From: Sphingobacteriales bacterium
GTDB lineage: Bacteria > Bacteroidota > Bacteroidia > UKL13-3
Assembly (NCBI GenBank): GCA_021299635.1
Contig: JAJTFA010000001.1
Location: forward strand, 283,842-347,841
Direction of reading: 5' to 3'
Length of the DNA: 64,000 bases
This document shows positions 1-9,460 of this stretch, piece by piece (position 1 is the stretch's first letter; each line of letters opens with the position of its first letter). The notes under the pieces were generated by a model. It did not search any database. It saw only the letters and a program-made list of their open reading frames with translations, and was not told the DNA's origin. Made by a program: the position numbers and the translations under genes.

Positions 1-498
1 TTTCAGTAGTACCACCACCTATATCAATAATCATGTTGCCCATAGGCTCAAACACATCAATACCGATACCTATGGCAGCAGCCATTGGCTCATGAATGAG
101 GTAAACTTCTTTTGCTCCTGCGCGCTCTGCACTGTCTTTAACGGCACGTTTTTCTACTTCTGTAATACCTGAAGGTATACAAATAACCATGCGTTGTTGT
201 GGCTTGATGAGTTTACTGCTTTGCGGTATCATCTGAATCATGCCTCGTATCATATGCTCAGCAGCATTAAAATCTGCGATTACACCATCTTTAAGTGGCC
301 TGATGGTTTTGATATCTTCATGAGCTTTTCCATGCATTTGCTGCGCCTGACTGCCAACAGCAATTACATTACCGGTTCTGCGGTTTATGGCAATAATAGA
401 TGGCTCATCTACCACTACCTGATCTTTATGAATAATCAGCGTATTTGCTGTTCCCAGGTCTATAGCTAAGTCCTGTGTTAAAAAACTAAACATTCCCA
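1..498 (-). CDS. mreB: Rod shape-determining protein MreB (N-terminal ~166 aa; gene continues beyond window start)
   Basis: Reverse-strand translation from ATG at 498 reads MGMFSFLTQDLAIDLGTANTLIIHKDQVVVDEPSIIAINRRTGNVIAVG..IDIGGGTTE, classic actin-like MreB N-terminus; truncated by window edge. Confidence 0.85.
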
Positions 499-584
499 TG
501 TGTGCTTCTTTCTCTTAGGGGATTTAATGACCGCAAATTATAATAATATTCCACAATTCATAACAATCTGTTTTCCTCAGTTTG

Positions 585-2108
585 TTAATGTTTAAAATGT
601 CTGATTCCTGTAAAATACATGGCTATCCCATTTTCATTGCAATAGGAAACCGATGCATCGTCTTTAACAGAGCCACCGGGCTGTATCACCGCATTGATAC
701 CTTCTTTGCCTGCTATTTCTACACAATCAGGGAAAGGGAAAAATGCATCGCTACTCATTACGGCATCATTGAGGCTGAAATGAAATGCATGTGCTTTGGC
801 AATGGCACCTTTTAGGGCATCAACCCTTGATGTTTGACCACAACCAATGCCAATAAGTTGCTTATTTTTAGCCAAAACTATGGTGTTTGACTTGGTATGT
901 TTCACAATTTTATCTGCAAAGAGCATATCCTGTATTTGGCTGGCAGTGGCTTTATGCTTGGTTACCTGGTTAATTTCGCTATCCTTTAATATCACCGCAT
1001 CTCGGTCCTGTTCAATCACACCATTTAAGATGCTTCTGTAAAGTTTGTTTTGAGGTAATTTGCCATGTTGCAGCAATAAAATTCTATTCTTTTTACTTTG
1101 TAATATTTGCAGGGCATTGCCTTCAAAACCTGGTGCTATTAGCACCTCCATAAAAATTTTATCAATCTCTTTTGCAGTAGCCTCATCAATGGGTTGGTTG
1201 GCAACAATAATGCCTCCAAAGGCCGAAACAGGATCTCCGGCAAGAGCATCCAGCCATGCAGTCGAAATGTTTTCTCTTGAAGCTACTCCGCAAGGGTTGT
1301 TGTGCTTAATGATGGCAATTGTTGGTTCATCAAAATCAGCAATAAGATTTAACGCTGCGTCAATATCCAACAAATTGTTGTAAGACAGTTCTTTACCATG
1401 CAATTGGGTAAAAAGCCGGTTTAGATGGCCATAGAAAATACCCTTCTGGTGAGGGTTTTCGCCATAGCGCAATGCATTGGCAGGCGATACTGAGGCCTTG
1501 AAATTTGCCGGGGCGTCTTTATCAAAATACTGATAAATTAAACCGTCATAATGCGATGTAACATGAAAAGCTTTAGCAGCATAGCCTCTTCTCTGATTTA
1601 GGCTCAATTCTCCATTTTGCTTTTCGAGTATGTCTGATAATGAACCAAAGTCTCCTTTATCACAAATAATGGCGGTATCGTTAAAGTTTTTGGCGGCTGC
1701 CCTGATGAGTGAAACACCTCCGATATCAATCTTTTCAATAATTTTCGACTCATCAGTTGTGCTTTGCACGGTTTCTTCAAACGGATATAAATCTACCACA
1801 ATCAAATCAATAAAAGGAATTTCGTAGGCGGCTACTTCCTGCTTGTCCTGCTCATGGTCTCTGCGAGCCAGAATGCCACCAAAAACTTTTGGATGGAGTG
1901 TTTTTACCCTACCGCCCAAAATGCTTGGGTATCCGGTGAGGTCTTCAACACGATTCACGGGTATACCAAGTTTTTCAATATACTCTTGGGTTCCTCCGGT
2001 AGAATATATATTTACGCCAAGTTTGTGAAGCGTTTTGGCCAGTATATCTAGCCCATCTTTATAATACACAGACAGGAGAGCATTGTTAAGTTTACGCGAA
2101 CTGTTCAT
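585..2108 (-). CDS. purH: Bifunctional AICAR transformylase / IMP cyclohydrolase PurH
   Basis: 507 aa ORF; MGS-like N-terminal domain and AICARFT core motifs (GGTQEY.., KTLHPKV, HNNPCGVA) recognisable by eye. Confidence 0.9.
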   Translation of the reverse strand: MNSSRKLNNALLSVYYKDGLDILAKTLHKLGVNIYSTGGTQEYIEKLGIPVNRVEDLTGYPSILGGRVKTLHPKVFGGILARRDHEQDKQEVAAYEIPFIDLIVVDLYPFEETVQSTTDESKIIEKIDIGGVSLIRAAAKNFNDTAIICDKGDFGSLSDILEKQNGELSLNQRRGYAAKAFHVTSHYDGLIYQYFDKDAPANFKASVSPANALRYGENPHQKGIFYGHLNRLFTQLHGKELSYNNLLDIDAALNLIADFDEPTIAIIKHNNPCGVASRENISTAWLDALAGDPVSAFGGIIVANQPIDEATAKEIDKIFMEVLIAPGFEGNALQILQSKKNRILLLQHGKLPQNKLYRSILNGVIEQDRDAVILKDSEINQVTKHKATASQIQDMLFADKIVKHTKSNTIVLAKNKQLIGIGCGQTSRVDALKGAIAKAHAFHFSLNDAVMSSDAFFPFPDCVEIAGKEGINAVIQPGGSVKDDASVSYCNENGIAMYFTGIRHFKH

Positions 2109-2176
2109 GGTAATTGGTTTGAAGCGGGCAAAAGTAAGTTGCCTACAGGGCTTTTGCCTGATTATTTATTCATAAC

Positions 2177-2746
2177 TTATGCACCCAACACACGCCTTAT
2201 TGCTTCAGGGAAATATTGCATCTCCAACTTAGATATTTTCCGGGCAAGGTCTGCTTCTGTATCGGTGTCTTGCACGTCAAATCTGGCTTGGAAAATAGGG
2301 GGGCCTTCATCGTATTTTTCCGTTACGAAATGAATGGTTATTCCATGCTCTTTTTCTTTTGCTTCAATTACTGCGTGATGCACATGATGACCATACATGC
2401 CTTTACCCCCGAATTTTGGCAGCAAAGCCGGATGTATATTGATAATTTTGCGAGGAAAAGCATTAACCAGATAGGCGGGTATGAGCCATAAAAAACCAGC
2501 CAACACGATCAAGTCAGGTTCATAGCTTTGGATTTGTTCTAAGAAGCTTGCTTCATTTTCAAAATCAGCTTTGTTAAACAAATACACCGGTACACCGAAA
2601 GGCTTCATTTTATTAATAACACCGGCATTCGGGTTATTACAAAATAATGCCTTTACCTGTATGTTCGGGTTGTGCTCAAAAACCTTACAAATATTCTCTG
2701 CATTTGAACCGGTTCCTGATGCAAATATGATGACGTGTTTAGGCAT
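2177..2746 (-). CDS. purN: Phosphoribosylglycinamide formyltransferase PurN
   Basis: 189 aa; IIFASGTGSNAE.. N-terminus and formyl-transferase HPALLP/ HHAVIEA motifs; immediately upstream of purH. Confidence 0.9.
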   Translation of the reverse strand: MPKHVIIFASGTGSNAENICKVFEHNPNIQVKALFCNNPNAGVINKMKPFGVPVYLFNKADFENEASFLEQIQSYEPDLIVLAGFLWLIPAYLVNAFPRKIINIHPALLPKFGGKGMYGHHVHHAVIEAKEKEHGITIHFVTEKYDEGPPIFQARFDVQDTDTEADLARKISKLEMQYFPEAIRRVLGA

Positions 2747-4287
2747 TAGAATTCAAGTTCATCCAGCAAGGCTTTGCGGAATAATGAATCGATATTGTTA
2801 TTGCCATTGAGCCTTTGCAGTGGTAAAGAACAAAATATTAAATCGGCCTTGCCGGTGGAGACGCGCTTGCGTGCACTTAAAACATTAGAGGGGCCAATCC
2901 ATGCAGAAGTTCCAAGATTGGTTTGGTTGATAAGGTTTGCTCGGCAAAGTGAATCGTAGGAAAATAAACCTGAAGTTCCTGAAAAAGTAATAAAGGGTCT
3001 TGAGTTGGAAATAATGCTGGTTGATTTAAGTATCGGCCATCCGCTGCCGGGGTTATGAGGTGAAAAGATTTCATTTACATTCATTCGGATATTACCACCT
3101 GGAGTTGGCACAACCAATGATTCAACTGGTGTAAAACTCAGCACCGATGAAGTTGCAGGAAAATCATTTGAAATTTCAGCAGCAATAAACATACGACCGC
3201 CATTGTTAAAAAATTCGGCTGTATTTTGCTGACAGGTAGCCAACGTATTGGCATCATCAGTAATCCAGATGATATTTTTAAATAAATTAAATGTTCTTGT
3301 TTGGGTTACTGCATCATTGTATAATTCATCTTTATAAAACTGTGTACTTACGCCTATCAGTGTATCAAAAACAGCCAGATTTCCTCCTATATTTTTAAAC
3401 CTATTGGCGTAGAAATTAAATACCACGCTTGATGAAGAAGTTTGTGCATTTACCACCAGAAAATCTGATGCCGGTTTTTTAATCCAGATGCTATCTTTTG
3501 CCGTAATGGAAGTATTCCCGGTTTTATCAACAGCCTTTACATAAAAATAGTTCCATGCATCGTATTTTATTCCGTTTATCAACCCACTAAGAGCCGTGGT
3601 GCGGCTGCCAGTATATACACGGCACTGCGGCTGAAAAATGCCTGCATTCGCCACTCCTTCAAGCCTTATGCTGCTGGTATATACAGAATCACTAATGATG
3701 GCATCTGAGATATTGCCCGGTACTGCAAAAGTTCCGTTGGCAGCATCATTCATGTATATTTCAAATCTGTCTATGTCATTTCTTCCGTCAATGTCTGTGG
3801 TTGACCATGCAAGTTTCACAATTGGAAATGATTTTACAGGACGTTTATTGGATGTAAAATCAAAAGCAATTTTAGGTGCAGAATTTTTTATTGGAAAAAC
3901 CATGCGGGCGGGCGTAGGATCGATTTGCCCGATATTGTCAATTGCTCTTATATAAATAGGCAGCTCGCCTTTACTAACCCCAAAAGGTAGGTTTAAAAGA
4001 AAAGAACCTTTTTGTTCTTTGGTAAATAGCCAGGTTTGCTGGTTATCTGTTGAAATCTCATAGCCAGATATAAAACCTGTATTTGATTGTCCCCACCAAA
4101 AAGCACTTACAGTGGTTATGAGTAAGTTACTGCTGTCTCTGAGAACTGAGTCCACAACAACATAAGTTTCCGGTAAATCTTGTTTATTTCTGTCTCCTTC
4201 AAAATCTTTTTTGCAGCCTGCCATCAATGCGAATAACAGCAGGCAAAAGGTGAAATATAATGTTTTTATTTCTATGGATGATTTCAA
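2746..4287 (-). CDS. Hypothetical lipoprotein (513 aa), lipobox LMAGC
   Basis: Signal peptide MKSSIEIKTLYFTFCLLLFALMAGCKKD with Cys lipidation site; no recognisable catalytic motif; stop overlaps purN start by 1 nt (same transcription unit). Confidence 0.6.
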   Translation of the reverse strand: MKSSIEIKTLYFTFCLLLFALMAGCKKDFEGDRNKQDLPETYVVVDSVLRDSSNLLITTVSAFWWGQSNTGFISGYEISTDNQQTWLFTKEQKGSFLLNLPFGVSKGELPIYIRAIDNIGQIDPTPARMVFPIKNSAPKIAFDFTSNKRPVKSFPIVKLAWSTTDIDGRNDIDRFEIYMNDAANGTFAVPGNISDAIISDSVYTSSIRLEGVANAGIFQPQCRVYTGSRTTALSGLINGIKYDAWNYFYVKAVDKTGNTSITAKDSIWIKKPASDFLVVNAQTSSSSVVFNFYANRFKNIGGNLAVFDTLIGVSTQFYKDELYNDAVTQTRTFNLFKNIIWITDDANTLATCQQNTAEFFNNGGRMFIAAEISNDFPATSSVLSFTPVESLVVPTPGGNIRMNVNEIFSPHNPGSGWPILKSTSIISNSRPFITFSGTSGLFSYDSLCRANLINQTNLGTSAWIGPSNVLSARKRVSTGKADLIFCSLPLQRLNGNNNIDSLFRKALLDELEF

Positions 4288-4324
4288 GTAAAGTAGTTAA
4301 AAACGAAAGTTTCTATAAGCTTAT

Positions 4325-4819
4325 TCAATCAAGTAATCGTTGTTTCAGAAGAAACATTTTTAAGGCAGTTTCAGCGGCCTCTATACCTTTGTTTCCATAT
4401 TTCCCTCCGGCCCTTTGCTTTGCCTGTGTTAGATTATCGGTGGTAAGCACACCAAACACACAAGGTTTTCCGGTATTTAGGCCCACTTGCATCACACCAT
4501 TGGCGCAGGCATCGCATATAAAATCAAAATGTCTTGTTTCGCCTTGTATCACACAGCCAAGGGTTATCACAGCGTCTATATTTTTTTGAGCAGCCAGCCA
4601 TAGCGCAGCCTGAGGCAATTCATAAGAGCCAGGAACTTCTGCAATGAAGATATTTTTGTGCCTTACCCCCATATTCAGCAAAAACTCAACGGCACCTTCT
4701 TTAAGGGTGTTTGTAATTTCAGGATTCCAAGCGGAAACAGCTATTCCTACTCCTATTTTTTTAAAAACCTTATCTGGATTTAGTGAAGTTGAAGAAAGGT
4801 TTTTTAAATGTGTTGACAT
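4325..4819 (-). CDS. ribH: 6,7-dimethyl-8-ribityllumazine synthase
   Basis: 164 aa; lumazine synthase family signature (GVGIAVSAWNPEIT, ELPQAALWLA, ITLGCVIQGETRHFD). Confidence 0.9.
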   Translation of the reverse strand: MSTHLKNLSSTSLNPDKVFKKIGVGIAVSAWNPEITNTLKEGAVEFLLNMGVRHKNIFIAEVPGSYELPQAALWLAAQKNIDAVITLGCVIQGETRHFDFICDACANGVMQVGLNTGKPCVFGVLTTDNLTQAKQRAGGKYGNKGIEAAETALKMFLLKQRLLD

Positions 4820-4834
4820 GCTTCGTTCATTTTA

Positions 4835-5812
4835 TTATCGGTAAAGCACATCTTTAACTGCTTTCACAACTTTTTCAGTGCTGGGTAAAAATTCCTGGAC
4901 AAAAGTTGGTGCATATCCCAATGGTGTATCAGCTGTGGTAACACGTCTTACCGGAGCATCCAGATAGTCGAATGCATTTTTCTGAATCATGTAAGTAATT
5001 TCAGAAGAAATAGATGCCAGCGGCCAGGCTTCTTCAACCACAACCAATCGATTGGTTTTTTTAACAGATTCTATTATGGTAGCATAATCAATAGGCCTTA
5101 CGGTTCTTAAATCAATTACTTCGCAACTTAGATTTTCTTTGGCAAGTTCTTCTGCAGCAGCAAGAGCCACTTTCATTATTTTACCAAATGAAACGATGGT
5201 TACATCGGTTCCGCTCTTTTTTATATCTGCAACACCAATTGGAATGATGTATTCTTCTTCGGGTACCTCACCTTTATCACCATACATTTGCTCACTCTCC
5301 ATAAAAATAACGGGGTCGTTATCGCGTATGGCTGTTTTTAGAAGGCCTTTGGCATCATATGGGTTTGATGGAACCACTACTTTTAAGCCAGGGCAGTTGG
5401 CATACCAATTTTCAAAAGCTTGCGAGTGCTGGGCAGCAAGCTGTCCGGCAGAGCCTGTTGGTCCTCTGAAAACCATTGGAATATTAAATTGACCACCGCT
5501 CATCTGATACATTTTGGCAGCAGAGTTGATTACTTGGTCTATGGCAACCAATGAAAAGTTAAAAGTCATAAATTCAACCACAGGTCTCAGGCCATTCATA
5601 GCAGCACCAACTGCAATTCCTGCAAAACCTAATTCGGCAATAGGGGTGTCTATTACCCTTTTAGGGCCAAACTCCTCAAGCATACCCTGACTTACTTTAT
5701 AGGCACCATTGTATTCAGCAACTTCTTCACCCATCAGAAAAATATTCGGGTCTCTGCGCATTTCTTCATTCATCGCCTCGCGCAAGGCTTCTCTGAATTG
5801 TATAACTCTCAT
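4835..5812 (-). CDS. 2-oxoacid (pyruvate/acetoin/branched-chain) dehydrogenase E1 component beta subunit
   Basis: 325 aa; transketolase-like pyrimidine-binding and C-terminal domains typical of E1 beta (DTPIAELGFAG, VVEEAW); no E1 alpha gene adjacent in window. Confidence 0.85.
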   Translation of the reverse strand: MRVIQFREALREAMNEEMRRDPNIFLMGEEVAEYNGAYKVSQGMLEEFGPKRVIDTPIAELGFAGIAVGAAMNGLRPVVEFMTFNFSLVAIDQVINSAAKMYQMSGGQFNIPMVFRGPTGSAGQLAAQHSQAFENWYANCPGLKVVVPSNPYDAKGLLKTAIRDNDPVIFMESEQMYGDKGEVPEEEYIIPIGVADIKKSGTDVTIVSFGKIMKVALAAAEELAKENLSCEVIDLRTVRPIDYATIIESVKKTNRLVVVEEAWPLASISSEITYMIQKNAFDYLDAPVRRVTTADTPLGYAPTFVQEFLPSTEKVVKAVKDVLYR

Positions 5813-5994
5813 GCTTAAAATTTAAGGGTACAAAAATAGCAGTATATACTAGCTTTCAAAGCAGGTTTAGAAAATTTGAAACCTTAAATAATAACTTATT
5901 CCTGATGCTGCACATTCAGTTTAGTCAGCATCTTAACGATGAATTGCCAATGGTTTGATATGGCACTCGTATTGATACCTGATAGGAAAGATGC

Positions 5995-6762
5995 CTAATG
6001 CGGGCCGATTAGGCGAAATGTATGCTTAAGATGAGAAAAGTGGCTTCTGCTTACTTCAAGGGGTTTATTGATTCCTTTAAGAAAAATAATTCCGGTATCG
6101 TTTGAGCCTCTTTCTATTTTAATAACATGATGCAGATTAATAATAGTAGACCTATGGATGCGGAAAAAATCATGTATAGGTAATTTATCATCCCAAATTC
6201 GAATCAAGCCATATGCAGTAAAGGTGGTGCCATCATCCATATGTACTGACGTATAGTTTCCTTTAGCCTCAATATAAACCAAGCTATTTACCTTAATGAG
6301 CTTCAATTCATGGTCAACATTTATTAATACAAGATTATCCATTGCTAACCTTGGATGGCTGTTTCCGTTATGCTGAGTACTTTGTGCTTCTTGTCTTGCT
6401 TTAACCTTCTTTAGTGTTTTATAAAGGCGGTCAATGCTTACCGGTTTGATAATATAGTCAATAACATTATAATCAAATGATTTTAAAGCCAAATCAGCGT
6501 TATTTTCTATGAAGCAGATTTTGGTTTGCGGGCTAATATTGCTAAGCAGGTTCATCCCATCAGCATCATGCATGTTAAGATCAATAAAAACCAAATCAGT
6601 TTTGTCGTAGTTGTCAGCTATCAGTTCTTTGGCAGATTCATAGGAATAGGCACAACCCAGAACTTCAATAAATCCAAAATCCTTTAACAGATCCTTTAAA
6701 TGAGCGCTTGCAGCCGTATCGTAATCAATAATGATGGCATTGAGTATCAATTTGGATTCCAT
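5995..6762 (-). CDS. LytTR-family two-component response regulator (orphan)
   Basis: 255 aa; N-terminal receiver with phospho-acceptor Asp in LVFIDLNM, C-terminal LytTR DNA-binding domain; no histidine kinase neighbour. Confidence 0.75.
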   Translation of the reverse strand: MESKLILNAIIIDYDTAASAHLKDLLKDFGFIEVLGCAYSYESAKELIADNYDKTDLVFIDLNMHDADGMNLLSNISPQTKICFIENNADLALKSFDYNVIDYIIKPVSIDRLYKTLKKVKARQEAQSTQHNGNSHPRLAMDNLVLINVDHELKLIKVNSLVYIEAKGNYTSVHMDDGTTFTAYGLIRIWDDKLPIHDFFRIHRSTIINLHHVIKIERGSNDTGIIFLKGINKPLEVSRSHFSHLKHTFRLIGPH

Positions 6763-6823
6763 AGGACTGGTTTAGTATGGTAAAAATAGAAATTTAAATT
6801 AAATTCTAAAATATATAAGCAGG

Positions 6824-7753
6824 ATGATTTATGCGCTTACCTTGATAAGAATTAGATTTGCATTCAAAGTTAAATTGATGAATTATATAAAAATACTTAA
6901 ACCGGAGCATTGGTCAGGTTATGAATTAATGGATTGCGGGGGTGGTGAAAAGCTTGAAAAGTTTGGCCAGTTTATAATCATTAGGCCTGAACCACAGGCT
7001 ATTTGGCAAAAGCAGCTTTCAGAGAAAGAATGGCTTCAATTGGCTCATGTAAAGTTTATTCAAAAAGGGAGTCACTCAGGGGCATGGAAAAAGTTGAAGG
7101 AAATGCCAGATAAATGGAAACTTCAATATAAGCATGAAGAATTAAATGTGGCTTTTAACCTATCTTTAACATCATTTAAGCATGTAGGTGTTTTTCCAGA
7201 GCAAGCGGTTAATTGGGATTATATCTATAGCCAAACCAAAAGAATAGGGAAGGGAGCAAGGGTACTAAATTTATTTGCCTATACCGGTGGTGCATCTCTA
7301 GCCGCAAAAGCTGCGGGTGCTGATGTTACGCACGTAGATTCAGTGAAACAGGTTATCAGTTGGTCAAGAGAAAATATGGAGAGCAGCGGCCTCAAGGATA
7401 TCAGGTGGGTAGTAGAGGATGCTCTCAAATTCGTAAAGCGAGAGGTGAATCGTGGGAAAAAGTATCATGGTATTATATTGGATCCGCCTGCCTATGGCAT
7501 TGGTGCCAATGGTGAACGTTGGAAGCTGGAAGAGCTCATCAACGAAATGCTTAGCGAAATAAAATTATTACTGGATGAAGCGCATCACTTTTTGGTGTTG
7601 AATATGTACTCACTTGGCATGAGCCCACTGATTACGGAAAACCTAATAAATACGGTATTTAATCCTGAAAACCCTGAGGTGGCTGAGGTTTATCTTCCTG
7701 CTAAATCGGGTGTGAAATTGCCATTGGGCATTTTGGCCCGTTTTGCCCGCTAA
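6824..7753 (+). CDS. Class I SAM-dependent methyltransferase (RlmI/YccW-like, COG1092-type); probable true start at 6878 (MNYIKIL)
   Basis: Rossmann SAM motif VLNLFAYTGGASL and DPPAY catalytic motif; product family inferred. Confidence 0.6.
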   Translation: MIYALTLIRIRFAFKVKLMNYIKILKPEHWSGYELMDCGGGEKLEKFGQFIIIRPEPQAIWQKQLSEKEWLQLAHVKFIQKGSHSGAWKKLKEMPDKWKLQYKHEELNVAFNLSLTSFKHVGVFPEQAVNWDYIYSQTKRIGKGARVLNLFAYTGGASLAAKAAGADVTHVDSVKQVISWSRENMESSGLKDIRWVVEDALKFVKREVNRGKKYHGIILDPPAYGIGANGERWKLEELINEMLSEIKLLLDEAHHFLVLNMYSLGMSPLITENLINTVFNPENPEVAEVYLPAKSGVKLPLGILARFAR

Positions 7754-7758
7754 TCTCT

Positions 7759-7827
7759 TTAATTAATGCATCATCGGAGTCATCGAATTCGGCCTCTTGC
7801 GCTGCAACAGCCTCAGGCCTCATTTGA
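7759..7827. repeat. Copy 1 of 69 bp tandem direct repeat (diverged duplicate of lysS 3' end)
   Basis: ttaattaatgcatcatcggagtcatcgaattcggcctcttgcgctgcaacagcctcaggcctcatttga; 66/69 identical to 7840-7908; contains nested GC hairpin ggcct..gctgcaacagc..aggcc. Confidence 0.9.
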
Positions 7828-7839
7828 ATGACGGGTTGA

Positions 7840-7908
7840 TTAATTTATGCATTATTGGAGTCATCGAATTCGGCCTCTTGCGCTGCAACAGCCTCAGGCC
7901 TCATTTGA
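7840..7908. repeat. Copy 2 of 69 bp tandem repeat = authentic 3' end of lysS (codes ..QMRPEAVAAQEAEFDDSNNA*)
   Basis: Direct comparison of the two copies, 12 bp spacer atgacgggttga. Confidence 0.9.
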
Positions 7909-9401
7909 GGGAAAAGCAGAACATCCTGAATGGATGGCTGGTTGGTCATAATCATTACCAGCCGGTCTATACCAATGCCAATACCTGCTGTTGGAGGCAT
8001 ACCATACTCAAGCGCACGAAGAAAATCATGGTCAATGAACATTGCCTCATCATCGCCTCTTTCCATAAGTTTCATCTGCTCCTCAAATCGCATACGTTGA
8101 TCAATGGGGTCATTTAATTCAGAGTAAGCATTCGCAAGCTCTTTGCCGTTTATCATCAGTTCAAAACGCTCTACCAATCCCGGTTTACTACGGTGCTTTT
8201 TGGTTAGTGGGCTCATCTCAACAGGATAATCTGTTATAAAAGTTGGTTGAATAAATTGAGCTTCGCATGTTTCGCTGAATATTTCATCAATCAGTTTGCC
8301 TTTGCCGATATTAGAGTCTACCTCAATCTTCAGCTGTTTGCAAACTGCTCTCAGCTCATCCTCTTCCATTCCGCTGATATTGATTCCGGTATGATCCTTT
8401 ATGGCATCAAACATAGTAATGCGCTTAAAAGGGCGTTTAAAGTCAATCAACTTATCACCCACTTTTACTTCAGTGGTTCCATGCAGCTCAAGCGCAATTT
8501 TTTCAAGCAATTCCTCAGTTAAATCCATCATCCAATCATAATCCTTATAGGCAACATACAGCTCCATTACTGTAAACTCAGGATTATGTGTGCGATCCAT
8601 TCCTTCATTTCTGAAATTTCTTGAGAATTCATAAACGCCATCAAACCCTCCAACAATCAGTCTTTTTAGGTAAAGTTCATTGGCAATGCGCAGGTACATC
8701 GGAATATCGAGTGTATTATGGTGCGTAACAAAAGGTCTTGCAGCCGCGCCACCCGGTATGGCTTGCAGTACCGGTGTATCTACTTCCAGATAACCTTTGT
8801 CATTATAAAATTTTCGTATGGTGTTCATAAGCCGGGTGCGCTTTTCAAAGGTGTCTTTAACTACAGGATTGATGATTAAATCAACATAACGCTGACGGTA
8901 TCTAAACTCAGGATCGGTAACAGCATCAAATGTTTCACCATCTTTCTCTTTTACAATAGGCAGCGGTTTTAATGCCTTTGATAGTAATTTCATCTCCTCC
9001 ACATGAATGGTGGTTTCACCCATTTTTGTGGTAAATACAAAGCCCGATACACCAATTATATCACCAATATCTAGTAGTTTCTTAAAAACAGTATCATATA
9101 AAGTTTTATCATCTGTTTTGCAGATATCATCTCTTCTGATGTAAACCTGAATTTTTCCTGTGGCATCCTGCAATACTGCAAAGGCTGCCTTGCCCATGTC
9201 TCGCACACTCATTATCCTTCCTGCAAGACTTACATTTTTAAATTCAATTTTTTCTGCATGATAATGGGTAAGAATATCGCGTGCCGAAGTATTGATTACA
9301 AAGCTTTCTGCCGGGTAGGCATCAATACCAAGTTTGTTTAACTCTGCTAGTTTTTCTCTTCTTTGTATTTCTTGTTCACTTAAATGGCTATGGGGATGCA
9401 T
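7845..9401 (-). CDS. lysS: Lysine--tRNA ligase (class II)
   Basis: 518 aa; OB-fold anticodon-binding N-term and class II aaRS motifs (FRNEG.., GIGIDRLVM). Confidence 0.95.
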   Translation of the reverse strand: MHPHSHLSEQEIQRREKLAELNKLGIDAYPAESFVINTSARDILTHYHAEKIEFKNVSLAGRIMSVRDMGKAAFAVLQDATGKIQVYIRRDDICKTDDKTLYDTVFKKLLDIGDIIGVSGFVFTTKMGETTIHVEEMKLLSKALKPLPIVKEKDGETFDAVTDPEFRYRQRYVDLIINPVVKDTFEKRTRLMNTIRKFYNDKGYLEVDTPVLQAIPGGAAARPFVTHHNTLDIPMYLRIANELYLKRLIVGGFDGVYEFSRNFRNEGMDRTHNPEFTVMELYVAYKDYDWMMDLTEELLEKIALELHGTTEVKVGDKLIDFKRPFKRITMFDAIKDHTGINISGMEEDELRAVCKQLKIEVDSNIGKGKLIDEIFSETCEAQFIQPTFITDYPVEMSPLTKKHRSKPGLVERFELMINGKELANAYSELNDPIDQRMRFEEQMKLMERGDDEAMFIDHDFLRALEYGMPPTAGIGIGIDRLVMIMTNQPSIQDVLLFPQMRPEAVAAQEAEFDDSNNA

Positions 9402-9460
9402 GTTTATACAACTTTATTATGGCGCAAAAATAGAAATCTAAATACCATTTACTAACTTTT

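Noticed and set aside
5813-5994. Possible tRNA or sRNA in the 180 bp gap between the E1-beta gene and the LytTR regulator
   Set aside because: Only a single 7 bp hairpin (gatgctg..cagcatc) is present and nothing resembles a tRNA cloverleaf. It is most likely an ordinary terminator/promoter region.
7797-8117. Plus-strand ORF of 106 aa overlapping the lysS 3' end and the tandem repeat
   Set aside because: It is antisense to the well-supported lysS gene and is partly created by the 69 bp duplication (MRCNSLRPHL occurs twice). It has no homology signal and is spurious.
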